Origin: Rubripirellula sp.
Lineage (GTDB): Bacteria > Planctomycetota > Planctomycetia > Pirellulales > Pirellulaceae
Assembly (NCBI GenBank): GCA_965216875.1
Contig: OZ244207.1
Location: forward strand, 7,584,001 to 7,648,000
Reading direction: 5' to 3'
DNA length: 64,000 nucleotides
A program made the position numbers and the translations under genes. Positions within the stretch are counted from its first letter, which is position 1. Each line of letters begins with the position of its first letter. Positions 29,869-39,437 of the stretch are shown one piece after another. Under the pieces are notes generated by a model. That model did no database searches. It was not told where the DNA came from and was given only the letters and a program-made list of their open reading frames with translations.

Positions 29869-30849
29869 ATGAAATCACGATTGCTCATCGCCGTCTCGCT
29901 GTCGCTGGTCGCCGCGGTCGCGTCCGCCTGCAACATTCCAGTGTTCCGCTACGCACTTGAACGTTGGGTTCCCGATGCCTGCGAGCTTGTCGTGCTTCAC
30001 GATGGTTCGATGTCGTCTGACGATACGACCTTTCTTTCTGGTCTTGTCAATCAATCCATCGAGCAAGACGGCCTTGCCAATGCCAAGGTCACACGCGTTG
30101 ATATTTCTGGCAAGCTTGACGATGAGATGCGGTCGCTTGTCGAAACGCTTCGTGGCCAAGGCGTGTCAACGTTTCCGCATCTGGTTGCTCGCACAACCGT
30201 GCGGGGCGAATATGTCAATCATTGGCATGGGACGATTGAACAGGCCAAATCGGCAGAGCTTTTGCTCTCGCCCGTGCGCCGCGAACTGTCCCGGCGATTG
30301 CTTTCAGGCCACAGCGTCGTTTGGTTAGTCGTAAAATCGAACGACAAGACGCGGAACAAGAAGGCCAAAGACTTTCTGAAAACAAACTTTCGTGAACTCG
30401 AATCAAGCATCCAATTGCCCGAAGGAATTGGCTTGCCCGGCAGCGAATTGCATTCGGAATTACCGCTTGTGGTCAAATTCAGTTTGATCGAGGTCGATGC
30501 GGATGATCCTGCCGAGAGATTCCTAGTCGACCTGTTGAAAGGGTTCGATCCCCAGGCGATCGACGACGGTGATCCGCTGCTGGTTCCTGTTTTCGGACGT
30601 GGACGCGCTCTCGAAGTGATCCCGGCATCCGAAATCGATGCAAAGCTGATGGAAGAATTGACCGTCTTTCTCAGTGGTGCATGCTCTTGCCAAGTCAAGA
30701 ATCGCAACCCGGGTTTCGACCTGTTGCTTTCGGCTGATTGGGACACGGAACTTTTTGGCGAGGGCGGCGTACGACCACCACCGACCACACCTGGAACCCA
30801 ACGCGGCAAGGGCCCAGAATTGTTAACGATCCCGCCTGGCAGACGCTAA
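29869..30849 (+). CDS. Secreted hypothetical protein with N-terminal Cys and a CxC motif
   Basis: Signal peptide ending ASA then CNIPVFRYALERW; PVFGRGR and GACSCQVK.RNPG.DLL; 11 bp downstream of the previous gene. Confidence 0.75.
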   Translation: MKSRLLIAVSLSLVAAVASACNIPVFRYALERWVPDACELVVLHDGSMSSDDTTFLSGLVNQSIEQDGLANAKVTRVDISGKLDDEMRSLVETLRGQGVSTFPHLVARTTVRGEYVNHWHGTIEQAKSAELLLSPVRRELSRRLLSGHSVVWLVVKSNDKTRNKKAKDFLKTNFRELESSIQLPEGIGLPGSELHSELPLVVKFSLIEVDADDPAERFLVDLLKGFDPQAIDDGDPLLVPVFGRGRALEVIPASEIDAKLMEELTVFLSGACSCQVKNRNPGFDLLLSADWDTELFGEGGVRPPPTTPGTQRGKGPELLTIPPGRR

Positions 30850-30899
30850 GGGGATTTCGTGTTGTCCAACGTTAACGACAATCGCATTTGAACCAAATC

Positions 30900-32477
30900 A
30901 TGAACGCGTCCTCAAACGGTTATGCTCGTTCGTTCGACCGAACACCGATCATCATGATCGCCTCGATTGTGGGGTTGGCATTGCTGGTGTTCGCTTTGAC
31001 TCGGACTGGACCTGCCTCCTCTTCGGCGAGCGGCAAGCCGTTGATGTTGTATTGCGCGGCCAGCAACCGCGCGGTCATGGAATCGATCCGCCAAGAGTAC
31101 GAAGCGGAATTTGGCCGGCCTGTCGATATTCAATACGGCCCTTCGCAAACGCTCCTGTCGTCGATCGAAGTCAGCGAGAAAGGCGACCTGTTTCTGCCAG
31201 CCGATGACAGTTATCTGAAGATCGCAAAAGAAAAGCAGCTCGTTGCAGAAATCGTTCCGATTGCGAAGATGCAGGGTGTGATTGCGATCAAGAAAGGAAA
31301 CCCAAAGGACATTCACTCGTTCAAAGATCTCCTGCGTGAAGAAACGCGTGTTGTTCAAGCAAGTCCCGATGCGGCTGCCATTGCGGCGCTGACCAAAAAG
31401 GTGCTCACCGATTCGGGACATTGGTCGGAACTTGACGAGGCAACCGACGCTTACCGGATGACGGTTACCGACGTTGCAAACGACTTGTTGGTTGACGCGT
31501 CCGATGCGGGGATCGTCTACGACGCGGTCTTGCACACTTATCCCGATCTCGAGTTTGTCGAGATTCCCGAGTTAGCGAAGACCGCATCACAGGTTTCGGT
31601 GGGCGTGATTGCGAGCTGCAAGCAGCCGGCTGCGGCATTGCACTTTGCGCGATTTGTTGCCGCCAAAGATCGCGGTCTCAAACATTACAGTGAGCATGGA
31701 TTTCGCGTCTCGGGCGGCGACACGTGGGCTGATGTTCCGAAAATCAGCTTCTTTGCCGGGTCGATGTTACGCCCAGCGATCGACGACACCATCACCGAGT
31801 TCGAAAAACGTGAAGGCGTGATCGTCAACCGTGTCTACAATGGCTGCGGGATCTTGGTAGGCCAGATGCAAGCGGGGCAGCGACCCGATGCTTACTTTGC
31901 TTGCGACAAAGAGTTCATGGAGCAAGTACCCGATCTCTTTCCCGAATCGGTTGATGTGAGCGAGAACGAATTGGTGATCCTTGTCGAAAAGGGGAATCCA
32001 CATAACATCGCCACTCTGCGTGACTTGACGCGCGAGGGGATTAAGGTTGGCGTCGGGCATGAAAAGAAATGTGCGATGGGCTGGTTGACTCAAAACACGT
32101 TTCGCGAGGGCGGAATCCAAGAAGAAGTGATGGCGAATGTGGAAACAACTGCGCCGACCGGAGACATGCTGGTCAATCAGTTGCTTGCCGGATCGCTCGA
32201 TGCAGCGGTAGCCTATCTAAGTAACGCTGCCGGTGCCGCCGACTCGCTTGATGCCGTTCGCATTCAGGGACTCGACTGTGCGGTCGCGACGCAACCTTTT
32301 GCTGTTGCACACCAATCACCCAACGCAGAAACAGCGAGCCGACTGTTCGAAATGATTTGCACGACGGAATCGCAAGACGCGTTCGCCGCGGAGGGATTCC
32401 GGTGGAAAATGCCCGCCGAACAAGCCGGGGCGGCGACCGGTGTCGTCGCAACCGATGACGAGACCAAGCAACCATGA
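30900..32477 (+). CDS. modA: Molybdate-type ABC substrate-binding protein with two tandem ModA-like domains
   Basis: N-terminal TM; domain 1 YCAASN..YGPS..DLFLPAD; domain 2 FAGSML..YNGCG..DAYFACD. Confidence 0.78.
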   Translation: MNASSNGYARSFDRTPIIMIASIVGLALLVFALTRTGPASSSASGKPLMLYCAASNRAVMESIRQEYEAEFGRPVDIQYGPSQTLLSSIEVSEKGDLFLPADDSYLKIAKEKQLVAEIVPIAKMQGVIAIKKGNPKDIHSFKDLLREETRVVQASPDAAAIAALTKKVLTDSGHWSELDEATDAYRMTVTDVANDLLVDASDAGIVYDAVLHTYPDLEFVEIPELAKTASQVSVGVIASCKQPAAALHFARFVAAKDRGLKHYSEHGFRVSGGDTWADVPKISFFAGSMLRPAIDDTITEFEKREGVIVNRVYNGCGILVGQMQAGQRPDAYFACDKEFMEQVPDLFPESVDVSENELVILVEKGNPHNIATLRDLTREGIKVGVGHEKKCAMGWLTQNTFREGGIQEEVMANVETTAPTGDMLVNQLLAGSLDAAVAYLSNAAGAADSLDAVRIQGLDCAVATQPFAVAHQSPNAETASRLFEMICTTESQDAFAAEGFRWKMPAEQAGAATGVVATDDETKQP

Positions 32478-33433
32478 CCGAGCCGCCCGAACATTCCGGT
32501 GAGTCGGCCAGCAACGCGGCGGATGAACCAGCTGGCGCGGCGGATGAATCGCCGCCCGCGATCGATGAATCATCGGGTGGGGAGAACAACCAGTACCAGC
32601 CCGCGATTGAAACGCCACGGCTCAAGCGTCGGCGATCGGACCTGCCCTTCTATTTCGTGATGGGCGGTCTGTCGTCTTGTTTCATTGTGCTGATCGTCTT
32701 GTTGATCGTCGCCGATCTGGTGTTCACTTCACCGGCAAAGTTCGTCGAGGCGTTGTCGGCACCTGAGATTCAGTATGCGTTCAAGTTGACGATTCTTTCG
32801 TGCACCGTCTCGGCGATCCTATCGATTTGGGTGGCGACTCCGCTTGGCTACTTGCTCGCCCGCTTTCGATTTCCAGGACGTTGGCTGATCGACACGCTGG
32901 TCGACATCCCGATCGTTTTGCCGCCGTTGGTGCTCGGACTCAGCTTGCTGATTCTTTTTCATCTCAAGATCGGCGATTGGCAACTCGAAACTTGGCTCAG
33001 TGACACGTTGAATTTTCAAGTCACGTATCGTTGGCCAGCAGTGGTGCTCGCGCAATTCAGCGTGGCGTGTGCGTTTGCCGTCCGAACCATGCGCGTGACG
33101 TTCGATCAAATCGACCCTCGCGCCGAAGATGTCGCTCGCACGCTTGGTTGCAATCGTCGGCAAGCTTTCATGTTGATCGCGTTGCCTCAGGCTTGGCGTG
33201 GCATGATCGCGGCGACCACGATCGCATGGGCACGTGCTCTCGGCGAATTTGGGCCAATCCTCGTCTTTGCGGGCGCGACACGGATGCGTACCGAAGTCCT
33301 TTCGACGACCGTCTTTTTAGAGTTGAGCATCGGTCGGCTCGACGCTGCGGTCGCCGTTTCGCTGCTGATGGTCGTGATGGCAGTCATTGTGTTGATGGCC
33401 CTTCGCCTGCTCGGCACGGGGCTGACTTCATGA
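32474..33433 (+). CDS. modB: Molybdate/sulfate-type ABC permease
   Basis: DIPIVLPPLVLG, EAA-loop EDVARTLG, WARALGEFG. Confidence 0.85.
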   Translation: MTEPPEHSGESASNAADEPAGAADESPPAIDESSGGENNQYQPAIETPRLKRRRSDLPFYFVMGGLSSCFIVLIVLLIVADLVFTSPAKFVEALSAPEIQYAFKLTILSCTVSAILSIWVATPLGYLLARFRFPGRWLIDTLVDIPIVLPPLVLGLSLLILFHLKIGDWQLETWLSDTLNFQVTYRWPAVVLAQFSVACAFAVRTMRVTFDQIDPRAEDVARTLGCNRRQAFMLIALPQAWRGMIAATTIAWARALGEFGPILVFAGATRMRTEVLSTTVFLELSIGRLDAAVAVSLLMVVMAVIVLMALRLLGTGLTS

Positions 33434-34086
33434 TTGAGTTGCAAGACGTTGCGATCCAAGCTGGCGATTTCTCGTTGCAGGGGATTTCGTTTCGAATCGA
33501 ACCCGGGCAATACGCGGTGCTGATGGGGCGCACAGGAAAGGGAAAAACAACCATTCTCGAATCGATCTGTGGGCTGCGGACCATCACGAGTGGCAAGGTC
33601 TTGATCGATGGTGTGGATGTCACCCGTTGGATGCCTGCGGACCGAGAGATTGGCTACGTCCCTCAAGACCTTGCGTTGTTTCCGACACTGACCGTCCGAC
33701 AGCATTTTGAGTTTGCCCTGCAACTGCGCAGTATGTCGCTTCCTGCGATCAGGCATCGCACCGACGAACTTGCTGATGTGCTCGGCGTGACGCATCTCCT
33801 TGGACGTTCGATTCAGGGGCTCAGTGGTGGCGAGTCACAGCGTGTTGCATTGGGACGTGCGCTCTCGTTTCGCCCAGGCGTTTTGCTCTTGGACGAACCG
33901 CTGAGTGCGCTCGACGAGGTAACACGTGGTGAAATGCATACACTTCTTCGCAGGGTCAAAGAGGCGACGGGAGTCACCACGTTGCATGTGACTCACAGCA
34001 GCGAGGAAGCCGAGGCGCTTGCCGATCGCTGCCTTGTGCTAGAAGATGGTGTTTTGTCTGAAGCTGCAGTCAAGCCGTCCCGCTAA
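33430..34086 (+). CDS. modC: ABC ATPase, ModC-like, without TOBE tail
   Basis: GRTGKGKT, IGYVPQD.ALFP, LSGGE.QR, LLLDEP; ATG 33430 overlaps the permease stop. Confidence 0.82.
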   Translation: MIELQDVAIQAGDFSLQGISFRIEPGQYAVLMGRTGKGKTTILESICGLRTITSGKVLIDGVDVTRWMPADREIGYVPQDLALFPTLTVRQHFEFALQLRSMSLPAIRHRTDELADVLGVTHLLGRSIQGLSGGESQRVALGRALSFRPGVLLLDEPLSALDEVTRGEMHTLLRRVKEATGVTTLHVTHSSEEAEALADRCLVLEDGVLSEAAVKPSR

Positions 34087-34108
34087 TTCCGTTTCGCGTT
34101 CGCGAATC

Positions 34109-35311
34109 ATGATCGACGAAGGTGACTTTTTAAAAGCGATCGCCGACGATCCACTGAATGATCAACCACGATTGGTCTACGCCGATTGGCTGGACGAGTC
34201 GGGCCAGGTGGACCGTGCTGACTACATTCGGACTCAATGCGAACTCGCCGCCCTGCCCGTCTGGTCGTCCGGGCGAGACGAATTGCTCGAACGTTCAAAC
34301 GACCTGTTTGATCGACACCGCAATCAATGGCTGAAACCCATTCGCGGTACTGGGATTCGCAGCTATGAATTCCGTCGTGGATTCTTGCACCATGTCGCGA
34401 TGCACGCGGTCACGCAGTGGAAGTTTCTCCCCAGTCTCTTGGACAATGTGCCGACGATCCAGTCGCTGAAGGTCAACCGTGTCAATCGAAACTTTGACGC
34501 GTTTTGCAATGAACCACTGCTCGGACGTATTCGAGTACTCGACTTGTCTGGCAACAAAATGGGGATGCGCCGCGCCGAACAACTCAGCCAGTCGCCCTAC
34601 TTGGGCAACGTGACCACCCTTGATCTGGATGGAAATCAAGTGCGTCTACGAGGACTGCAAAAAATCCTCGACTCTAACGCACTGACCCGTTTGAAGCGGT
34701 TGTCACTCAGCAATGCGGGGCTACAGCCCAACGCTCAAATTGGAAGAGCGTTTCAAGGAAGCGTTGCCCGCCAACTTGAATGGATCGACCTGACCGAACT
34801 CGGCGGTAACTCGAACGCCATCCAGTATTTCGAGGAGTTTGAAATGCCACAGTTGCGTGGTCTGCGTTTTGGCGACTACCACGGAACGTCTCAAACCGAT
34901 TTTAGCGCGTTCTTGAACTCGAAGACGTTTGCACGACTTGAGTACTTGAGCCTGCACGGCCACGACTGGACTCGGGACGCGTTGGTTGAGCTTTTCAATC
35001 ATCCCAACAGCATCAACCTGCGCTGGCTCGAGCTCGGATGGCGACCTTCGGTCAATCTTGACCTTCACGCGATGCAGCAGGCCGAACCGATCTGGGAGAA
35101 TCTCGAGTACATCAGTTTCGATGGGAACCGCCAGAACAAAATGGACTATGTCGGCGAGATTGATCGGTTTCGCAGGTTGAAGTGTCTCGGATACCTGCCG
35201 ACCTATGGCAGCGTCGACAAACGGAACAAAGAGTTGTCCCAAAGACTAGGCATTCCGGTCATCATTCCCTGGCGCCAAGACACGCCAGGGAATCTTCGGA
35301 ACTATTGCTGA
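34109..35311 (+). CDS. TIGR02996-domain protein with leucine-rich repeats
   Basis: FL.AI..DP..D.PRLVYADWLDE.G..DRA.YIR.QC; RRGF; LRR repeats L.L.GN. Confidence 0.85.
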   Translation: MIDEGDFLKAIADDPLNDQPRLVYADWLDESGQVDRADYIRTQCELAALPVWSSGRDELLERSNDLFDRHRNQWLKPIRGTGIRSYEFRRGFLHHVAMHAVTQWKFLPSLLDNVPTIQSLKVNRVNRNFDAFCNEPLLGRIRVLDLSGNKMGMRRAEQLSQSPYLGNVTTLDLDGNQVRLRGLQKILDSNALTRLKRLSLSNAGLQPNAQIGRAFQGSVARQLEWIDLTELGGNSNAIQYFEEFEMPQLRGLRFGDYHGTSQTDFSAFLNSKTFARLEYLSLHGHDWTRDALVELFNHPNSINLRWLELGWRPSVNLDLHAMQQAEPIWENLEYISFDGNRQNKMDYVGEIDRFRRLKCLGYLPTYGSVDKRNKELSQRLGIPVIIPWRQDTPGNLRNYC

Positions 35312-35318
35312 GTCTGCT

Positions 35319-35810
35319 TTACTCTTTCGGCAACACGACTGAATCGATCACGTGGATTACGCCGTTGGTGCACATGATGTCTGTCTTCAGAATCTTTGCG
35401 TTGTCGACCATCACGCCACTGTCATTCTGCTTGAAAGTGAGCTTGCCACCCTGGAGCGTTGCGAGCGTGTCGTTCTGCAGCACCTTCTTGGCTGGGTACT
35501 TTCCCTTGACGACGTGGTAGGTCAGGACGGCGACCAACTTTTCCTTGTTCTCTGGCTTGAGCAAGCTTTCGACCGTTCCCTTGGGAAGCTTTTCGAAAGC
35601 AGCATCGGTTGGGGCGAAGACGGTGAATGGACCTTCGCCGCTAAGGGCTTCGACCAGGTCGGCAGCCTTCACGGCGGCGACGAGGGTCTTGAATTTGCCA
35701 GCGACGGCCGTTTCAACGATTGACTTGGCTTTGTGGTCGCCGTGGTGGTCGGCTTGAGCAAAGCTGGGGATCAGCAACGCAGCGGCGAGAGCGAGCAGCA
35801 TGGAACGCAT
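35319..35810 (-). CDS. Secreted fasciclin (FAS1) protein
   Basis: Signal peptide, [29 protein letters not shown]. Confidence 0.95.
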   Translation of the reverse strand: MRSMLLALAAALLIPSFAQADHHGDHKAKSIVETAVAGKFKTLVAAVKAADLVEALSGEGPFTVFAPTDAAFEKLPKGTVESLLKPENKEKLVAVLTYHVVKGKYPAKKVLQNDTLATLQGGKLTFKQNDSGVMVDNAKILKTDIMCTNGVIHVIDSVVLPKE

Positions 35811-36137
35811 CGGGAGTTCTCCAAAATGGGTCGTTGCCCCGGATCGCTCCGAGGACGGAAAGGGAATGTTCGTTCAGCGGCGCACAGACAAATTTCCAAG
35901 CTGCGAGACCACCAGACAAGCCGTGCGCCGGAGATTGTCCGGCGGCCCGCAAACTCGGAAATCGCAGGACTGTACGGCGTCGGCAAGCTCTTGGGAGAAC
36001 TTTTTTGGCTCTCAGCCGAAACTCTACGAATTGGTACAGGTTACATCCCTATCGGCGGTCGTTCTCGCGGCATCTTCGGCTGAAATTTTGACTTCAAGAC
36101 AACTTGTCATGTATTCCCCCGTTCGGAAAGTGAATCG

Positions 36138-37124
36138 ATGAAACTCTCTCGTACTGCGACCGGTATTTTGGCCGTCGCACTGATGGCATTTATGGTCTCG
36201 GATGCCCTGGGGCAAGGTCGCAGGGGCCAAGGTGGCCCAGGCGGAGGCGGTGGACCTGGACAGGGACGTGGTGGATTTGGCGGCGGCGGACGAGGCGGCC
36301 CTGGTGGATTTGGCGGTGGCGGTTTCGGCGGTCGCGGCGGCGGCGGATCGGATATGACGTTCTTCCTGCTACGCGTCGATCCCGTGAAAGAAGAAATCGA
36401 ATTGATGCCCGACCAGGAAGAGGCGATCGCCAAGATCACTCAACCCCCAAGTCGTGAGGGTCGTGATGGCCAAGAACGCGAACGCTTCGACTTCCGCAAC
36501 GCGAGCGAAGAAGAACGTGACGAGTACTTCGCCAAGATGCGTGAAGAACGCGAGGAACGCAGCAAGAAGATGCGCGAGCAACTTGAGGAAGTGCTGCTGC
36601 CACAGCAATCAGAACGGCTTGAAGAGATCGCGTTGCAAATGCGCGGCGTCGATGCCCTTCGTGACGACAAAGTTGCTGGTGAGCTGAAAATCACCGACAG
36701 CCAGAAGGAAGAAATGGAAAAGGTCCGCGATGAAATTCGTGCAGACCAAGAAAAGGCACGCTCGGAAATGCGTGAGCGAATGCAAGCACTGTTCCAAGGT
36801 GGCGGTGATGGTGACCGCGAAGCAGCGTTTGCAAAGATTCGCGAAGAAGGCCAAAAGATGCGAGAAGAAGCTGAAAAGAAGCTGATCAGCGTCCTGACAA
36901 GCAGCCAGCAAAAGCAGTTTGACGAAATGAAGGGCGAAGAGTTCGAAATGCCCGAAGACGCTTTCCGAAACGCCTTCTCGCGCGGCGGTCGCAGTGGCGG
37001 ACGCGGCGGTCCTGGTGGCGGCGGCTTTGGCGGTCGCGGTGGGTCCGGCGGTGGACCTGGTGGCGGTCGAGGCGGACGCGGAGGCGACGGCGGTGGTCGT
37101 CGCTCACGCCCAGAAGCAGAATAG
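36138..37124 (+). CDS. Secreted helical protein with LTxxQ-like repeats and Gly/Arg-rich tails
   Basis: Signal peptide; GGRGG-rich ends; E/R/K-rich core with LMPDQ, LLPQQ, ITDSQ, LTSSQ. Confidence 0.8.
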   Translation: MKLSRTATGILAVALMAFMVSDALGQGRRGQGGPGGGGGPGQGRGGFGGGGRGGPGGFGGGGFGGRGGGGSDMTFFLLRVDPVKEEIELMPDQEEAIAKITQPPSREGRDGQERERFDFRNASEEERDEYFAKMREEREERSKKMREQLEEVLLPQQSERLEEIALQMRGVDALRDDKVAGELKITDSQKEEMEKVRDEIRADQEKARSEMRERMQALFQGGGDGDREAAFAKIREEGQKMREEAEKKLISVLTSSQQKQFDEMKGEEFEMPEDAFRNAFSRGGRSGGRGGPGGGGFGGRGGSGGGPGGGRGGRGGDGGGRRSRPEAE

Positions 37125-37194
37125 GAATCTCGCCAATTTCCGCAGCCACCTACGCTGACTCGGATTGCGGCGAAGCGCTCCGTCGCGCCCGATA

Positions 37195-37231
37195 GGGGCA
37201 GACTCATCCAAGAGTCTGCCCCGTTTTTTTT
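37195..37231 (+). terminator. Rho-independent terminator
   Basis: ggggcagactc-atccaa-gagtctgcccc followed by G and T8. Confidence 0.9.
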
Positions 37232-37352
37232 GGCCGGCAAACAGACCGTCGTACAAAAGGCAATAAGATGTGGGGCAAAAAGATCGTGGGCAAATTGAGA
37301 GCGAATCGAAGATTTGTGTGCAACGTTGCTGGCACGCGGGTCAACGACAGGG

Positions 37353-37877
37353 TTATGGTTTTCGCTCTGATCGCGCCGGACTGTAGATCGCTTCCGTCCG
37401 GCTTACATGATCACCGTGCTTGATGAGTGCGATCGAGTGGATCGTTCCATCTTCCAGGAATCGTTCGGTCGTTGTCGTGACGATACGTCGGCGGCGCGTA
37501 TCCATTTTCTCGGAAGTCCATGTCATTGTGTTGCTGGCAGCGTCCCATGTGCCGGTCGATTGAAAGGAGCGACGATTGGATGCAAAACTCCATCGCTTAA
37601 ACCGCTTCTCGCCAGAATCAAAAGTGGTCAGCTGTTTGACCTGCAGGTCGCTGGCAACGAATCTGGCCTCGAAGGCTGAATCATGTTCCACGTACGCTTC
37701 GTTCAAGCTCCAGGAAGCTTCGGTCACCCCATTGGAAAACGCGTCATCCTCATCGAACTCAATGGTCCACGAGCCGATGTAGCGAGCAAGAACATCTTGT
37801 TCGGGGAACGACTCAAGTTCAGCGGCCCACGCGCCAATGAACGTCAACGCAAAAGCAAAAATCAAAGCGTATCGCAT
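37353..37877 (-). CDS. Secreted beta-rich hypothetical protein (DUF1579-like)
   Basis: Signal peptide from Met 37877; L..YIG.W, TFD, GTWDAASNTMTW. Confidence 0.6.
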   Translation of the reverse strand: MRYALIFAFALTFIGAWAAELESFPEQDVLARYIGSWTIEFDEDDAFSNGVTEASWSLNEAYVEHDSAFEARFVASDLQVKQLTTFDSGEKRFKRWSFASNRRSFQSTGTWDAASNTMTWTSEKMDTRRRRIVTTTTERFLEDGTIHSIALIKHGDHVSRTEAIYSPARSERKP

Positions 37878-37980
37878 GAGGTTTCTCCGAAAGACCCGCG
37901 GTGGTCCGCGCGCATTGAGTGTTGATGCAGCCGCCATTGTGTTCGAGCCTAGCAGCGAGGCGGTGAGTTCTTGTCGCTGG

Positions 37981-38043
37981 CGTTTGTAGTACCGAGCTTT
38001 AGCCGGAATCTGTACGCAAGCCGCCACGCGGGGACTACAAACG
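37981..38043. repeat. Degenerate GTAG-type REP doublet
   Basis: cgtttgtagt ... actacaaacg inverted ends, related to the 25081-25140 doublet. Confidence 0.7.
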
Positions 38044-38076
38044 ACGCTGTCCACGCTCGATTTCACTCATGAGTGT

Positions 38077-38550
38077 CTAGTCGGGATAGCTGACTGCATT
38101 GGTTTGCCAGTAGTCCAAGTTGCCGAGAATCTCTTCAAGGATCGACTCGTCCTCCAGTGCTCGCACCTGTGGTACGAAATCAAGGTCATGGGCAGCATGC
38201 CATCCCGTGTATTGCAGTCCGGTTGCTTCGGACGGCACCAGCACGCCGTCGAGACAGACATATTCTTTTCCGGGTACCACATCAGCGGTGATTTCTTTCA
38301 TTGCGGCTACCCACTGGGCAACGTACTCATCATCTGGATCGCTGCCCGTTTGACCCATGATGTCGCGACGGGCAATTTCGTCCCATGGTTCGTCAGTCTC
38401 GATCGCCGTGGCAAAGGTGAATGCTTTGCGGCAAGAGATACAGGTAAACAACCAGCCGCATCCGCACCATGGACATTCCATCTGTGGCGGAAACGTGATT
38501 TGTGCTTCCTTGCAGTCGCAGTGCGATACTAGCTTGTCGTTCGCCTTCAA
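38077..38550 (-). CDS. Cys-rich hypothetical protein, possibly Zn-binding
   Basis: HCDC, CPWCGCG and CISC; TTG start. Confidence 0.6.
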   Translation of the reverse strand: MKANDKLVSHCDCKEAQITFPPQMECPWCGCGWLFTCISCRKAFTFATAIETDEPWDEIARRDIMGQTGSDPDDEYVAQWVAAMKEITADVVPGKEYVCLDGVLVPSEATGLQYTGWHAAHDLDFVPQVRALEDESILEEILGNLDYWQTNAVSYPD

Positions 38551-38810
38551 AAGGTAGACGTGGCTGGAAATCGTATCGCTCCTATCACGTGCGGCTGCCT
38601 AGCGATTGTCCTGCCATCTCACTTCAACACTCGATTGATCGATAGGCAAACTCGCGAACCAACGACGCAATTCGTCGAGGTCAATCTCTGTCGACGGAAC
38701 GATTGTACCATCCGGTTTGAATTGAATCATCACACCCCGGCGGACTGTCGTCTTCAAATCTGCCGGACTCGCGTTCTCGGATGCGCGATTACCGTTGGCC
38801 GAGATGCGAA

Positions 38811-39437
38811 TTATCCATCTGCAATTTTTGAAAACTCATTCCACAATCCATCCAGCGACGAAATCACGTGTGACGCCTTCGATCGTCCACCGGACCGAAC
38901 AAGATGGATGCCCCTGATGCCTAACTTCGATGGCCCATCGACGTCCGATCTAAAACTGTCACCGACCATGATCGTTTCGTCGGGATTTGCGCCCAGTTGT
39001 TTCAGGGCAGCGTCGTAGATTCTGGAGTCTGGCTTGAGCATTCCGCAGTCACATGAGAATACGACGACATCGAAATAGGGGGCCAGATGATGTGTGAAGA
39101 ATGGTTGCTTGTACGGTGTAGCGAGATTGGAAATCAGTGCAGTTGGAATGCCACGCTGTTTGAGTTCTCGGAGTATTACTTCAGCGTCTTGGAACGGTTC
39201 AATGGCGGCGATGTCTTCGTCAAGGGCTGCATTGAGTGCTGTCAGATCGTTTTGGGAGGCAAGCCCAATGCGTGAGGCGAATGCCGCAAGTGTTGGATTG
39301 TGCGTGGTCAGCGATGTTTCGAGAGAGGATCGAACGCTGGCGTCCGGATGCCGTCGAGCGATTTTGAGAAACGGCCGTGAATCGCGAGGAAAATCAAGCA
39401 GCGTACCGTACAGATCGAAGATGCAGGCTGAGCTCAT
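38811..39437 (-). CDS. HAD-superfamily hydrolase
   Basis: FDLYGTL, ISN, KPD..IY, VGDS..SDV. Confidence 0.9.
   Translation of the reverse strand: MSSACIFDLYGTLLDFPRDSRPFLKIARRHPDASVRSSLETSLTTHNPTLAAFASRIGLASQNDLTALNAALDEDIAAIEPFQDAEVILRELKQRGIPTALISNLATPYKQPFFTHHLAPYFDVVVFSCDCGMLKPDSRIYDAALKQLGANPDETIMVGDSFRSDVDGPSKLGIRGIHLVRSGGRSKASHVISSLDGLWNEFSKIADG

Noticed and set aside
33031..33429. N-terminal extension of the ABC ATPase in the ORF track
   Set aside because: Overlaps modB; real start is ATG 33430. Similar over-extensions were trimmed at 726, 25838, 47791, 8498 and 13680
36107..37240. Pro/Ser-rich minus-strand ORFs
   Set aside because: Reverse complement of the Gly-rich gene
38599..38730. 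43-aa minus-strand ORF (MIQFKPDG...)
   Set aside because: Too short and without motifs; may be a gene remnant but cannot be supported
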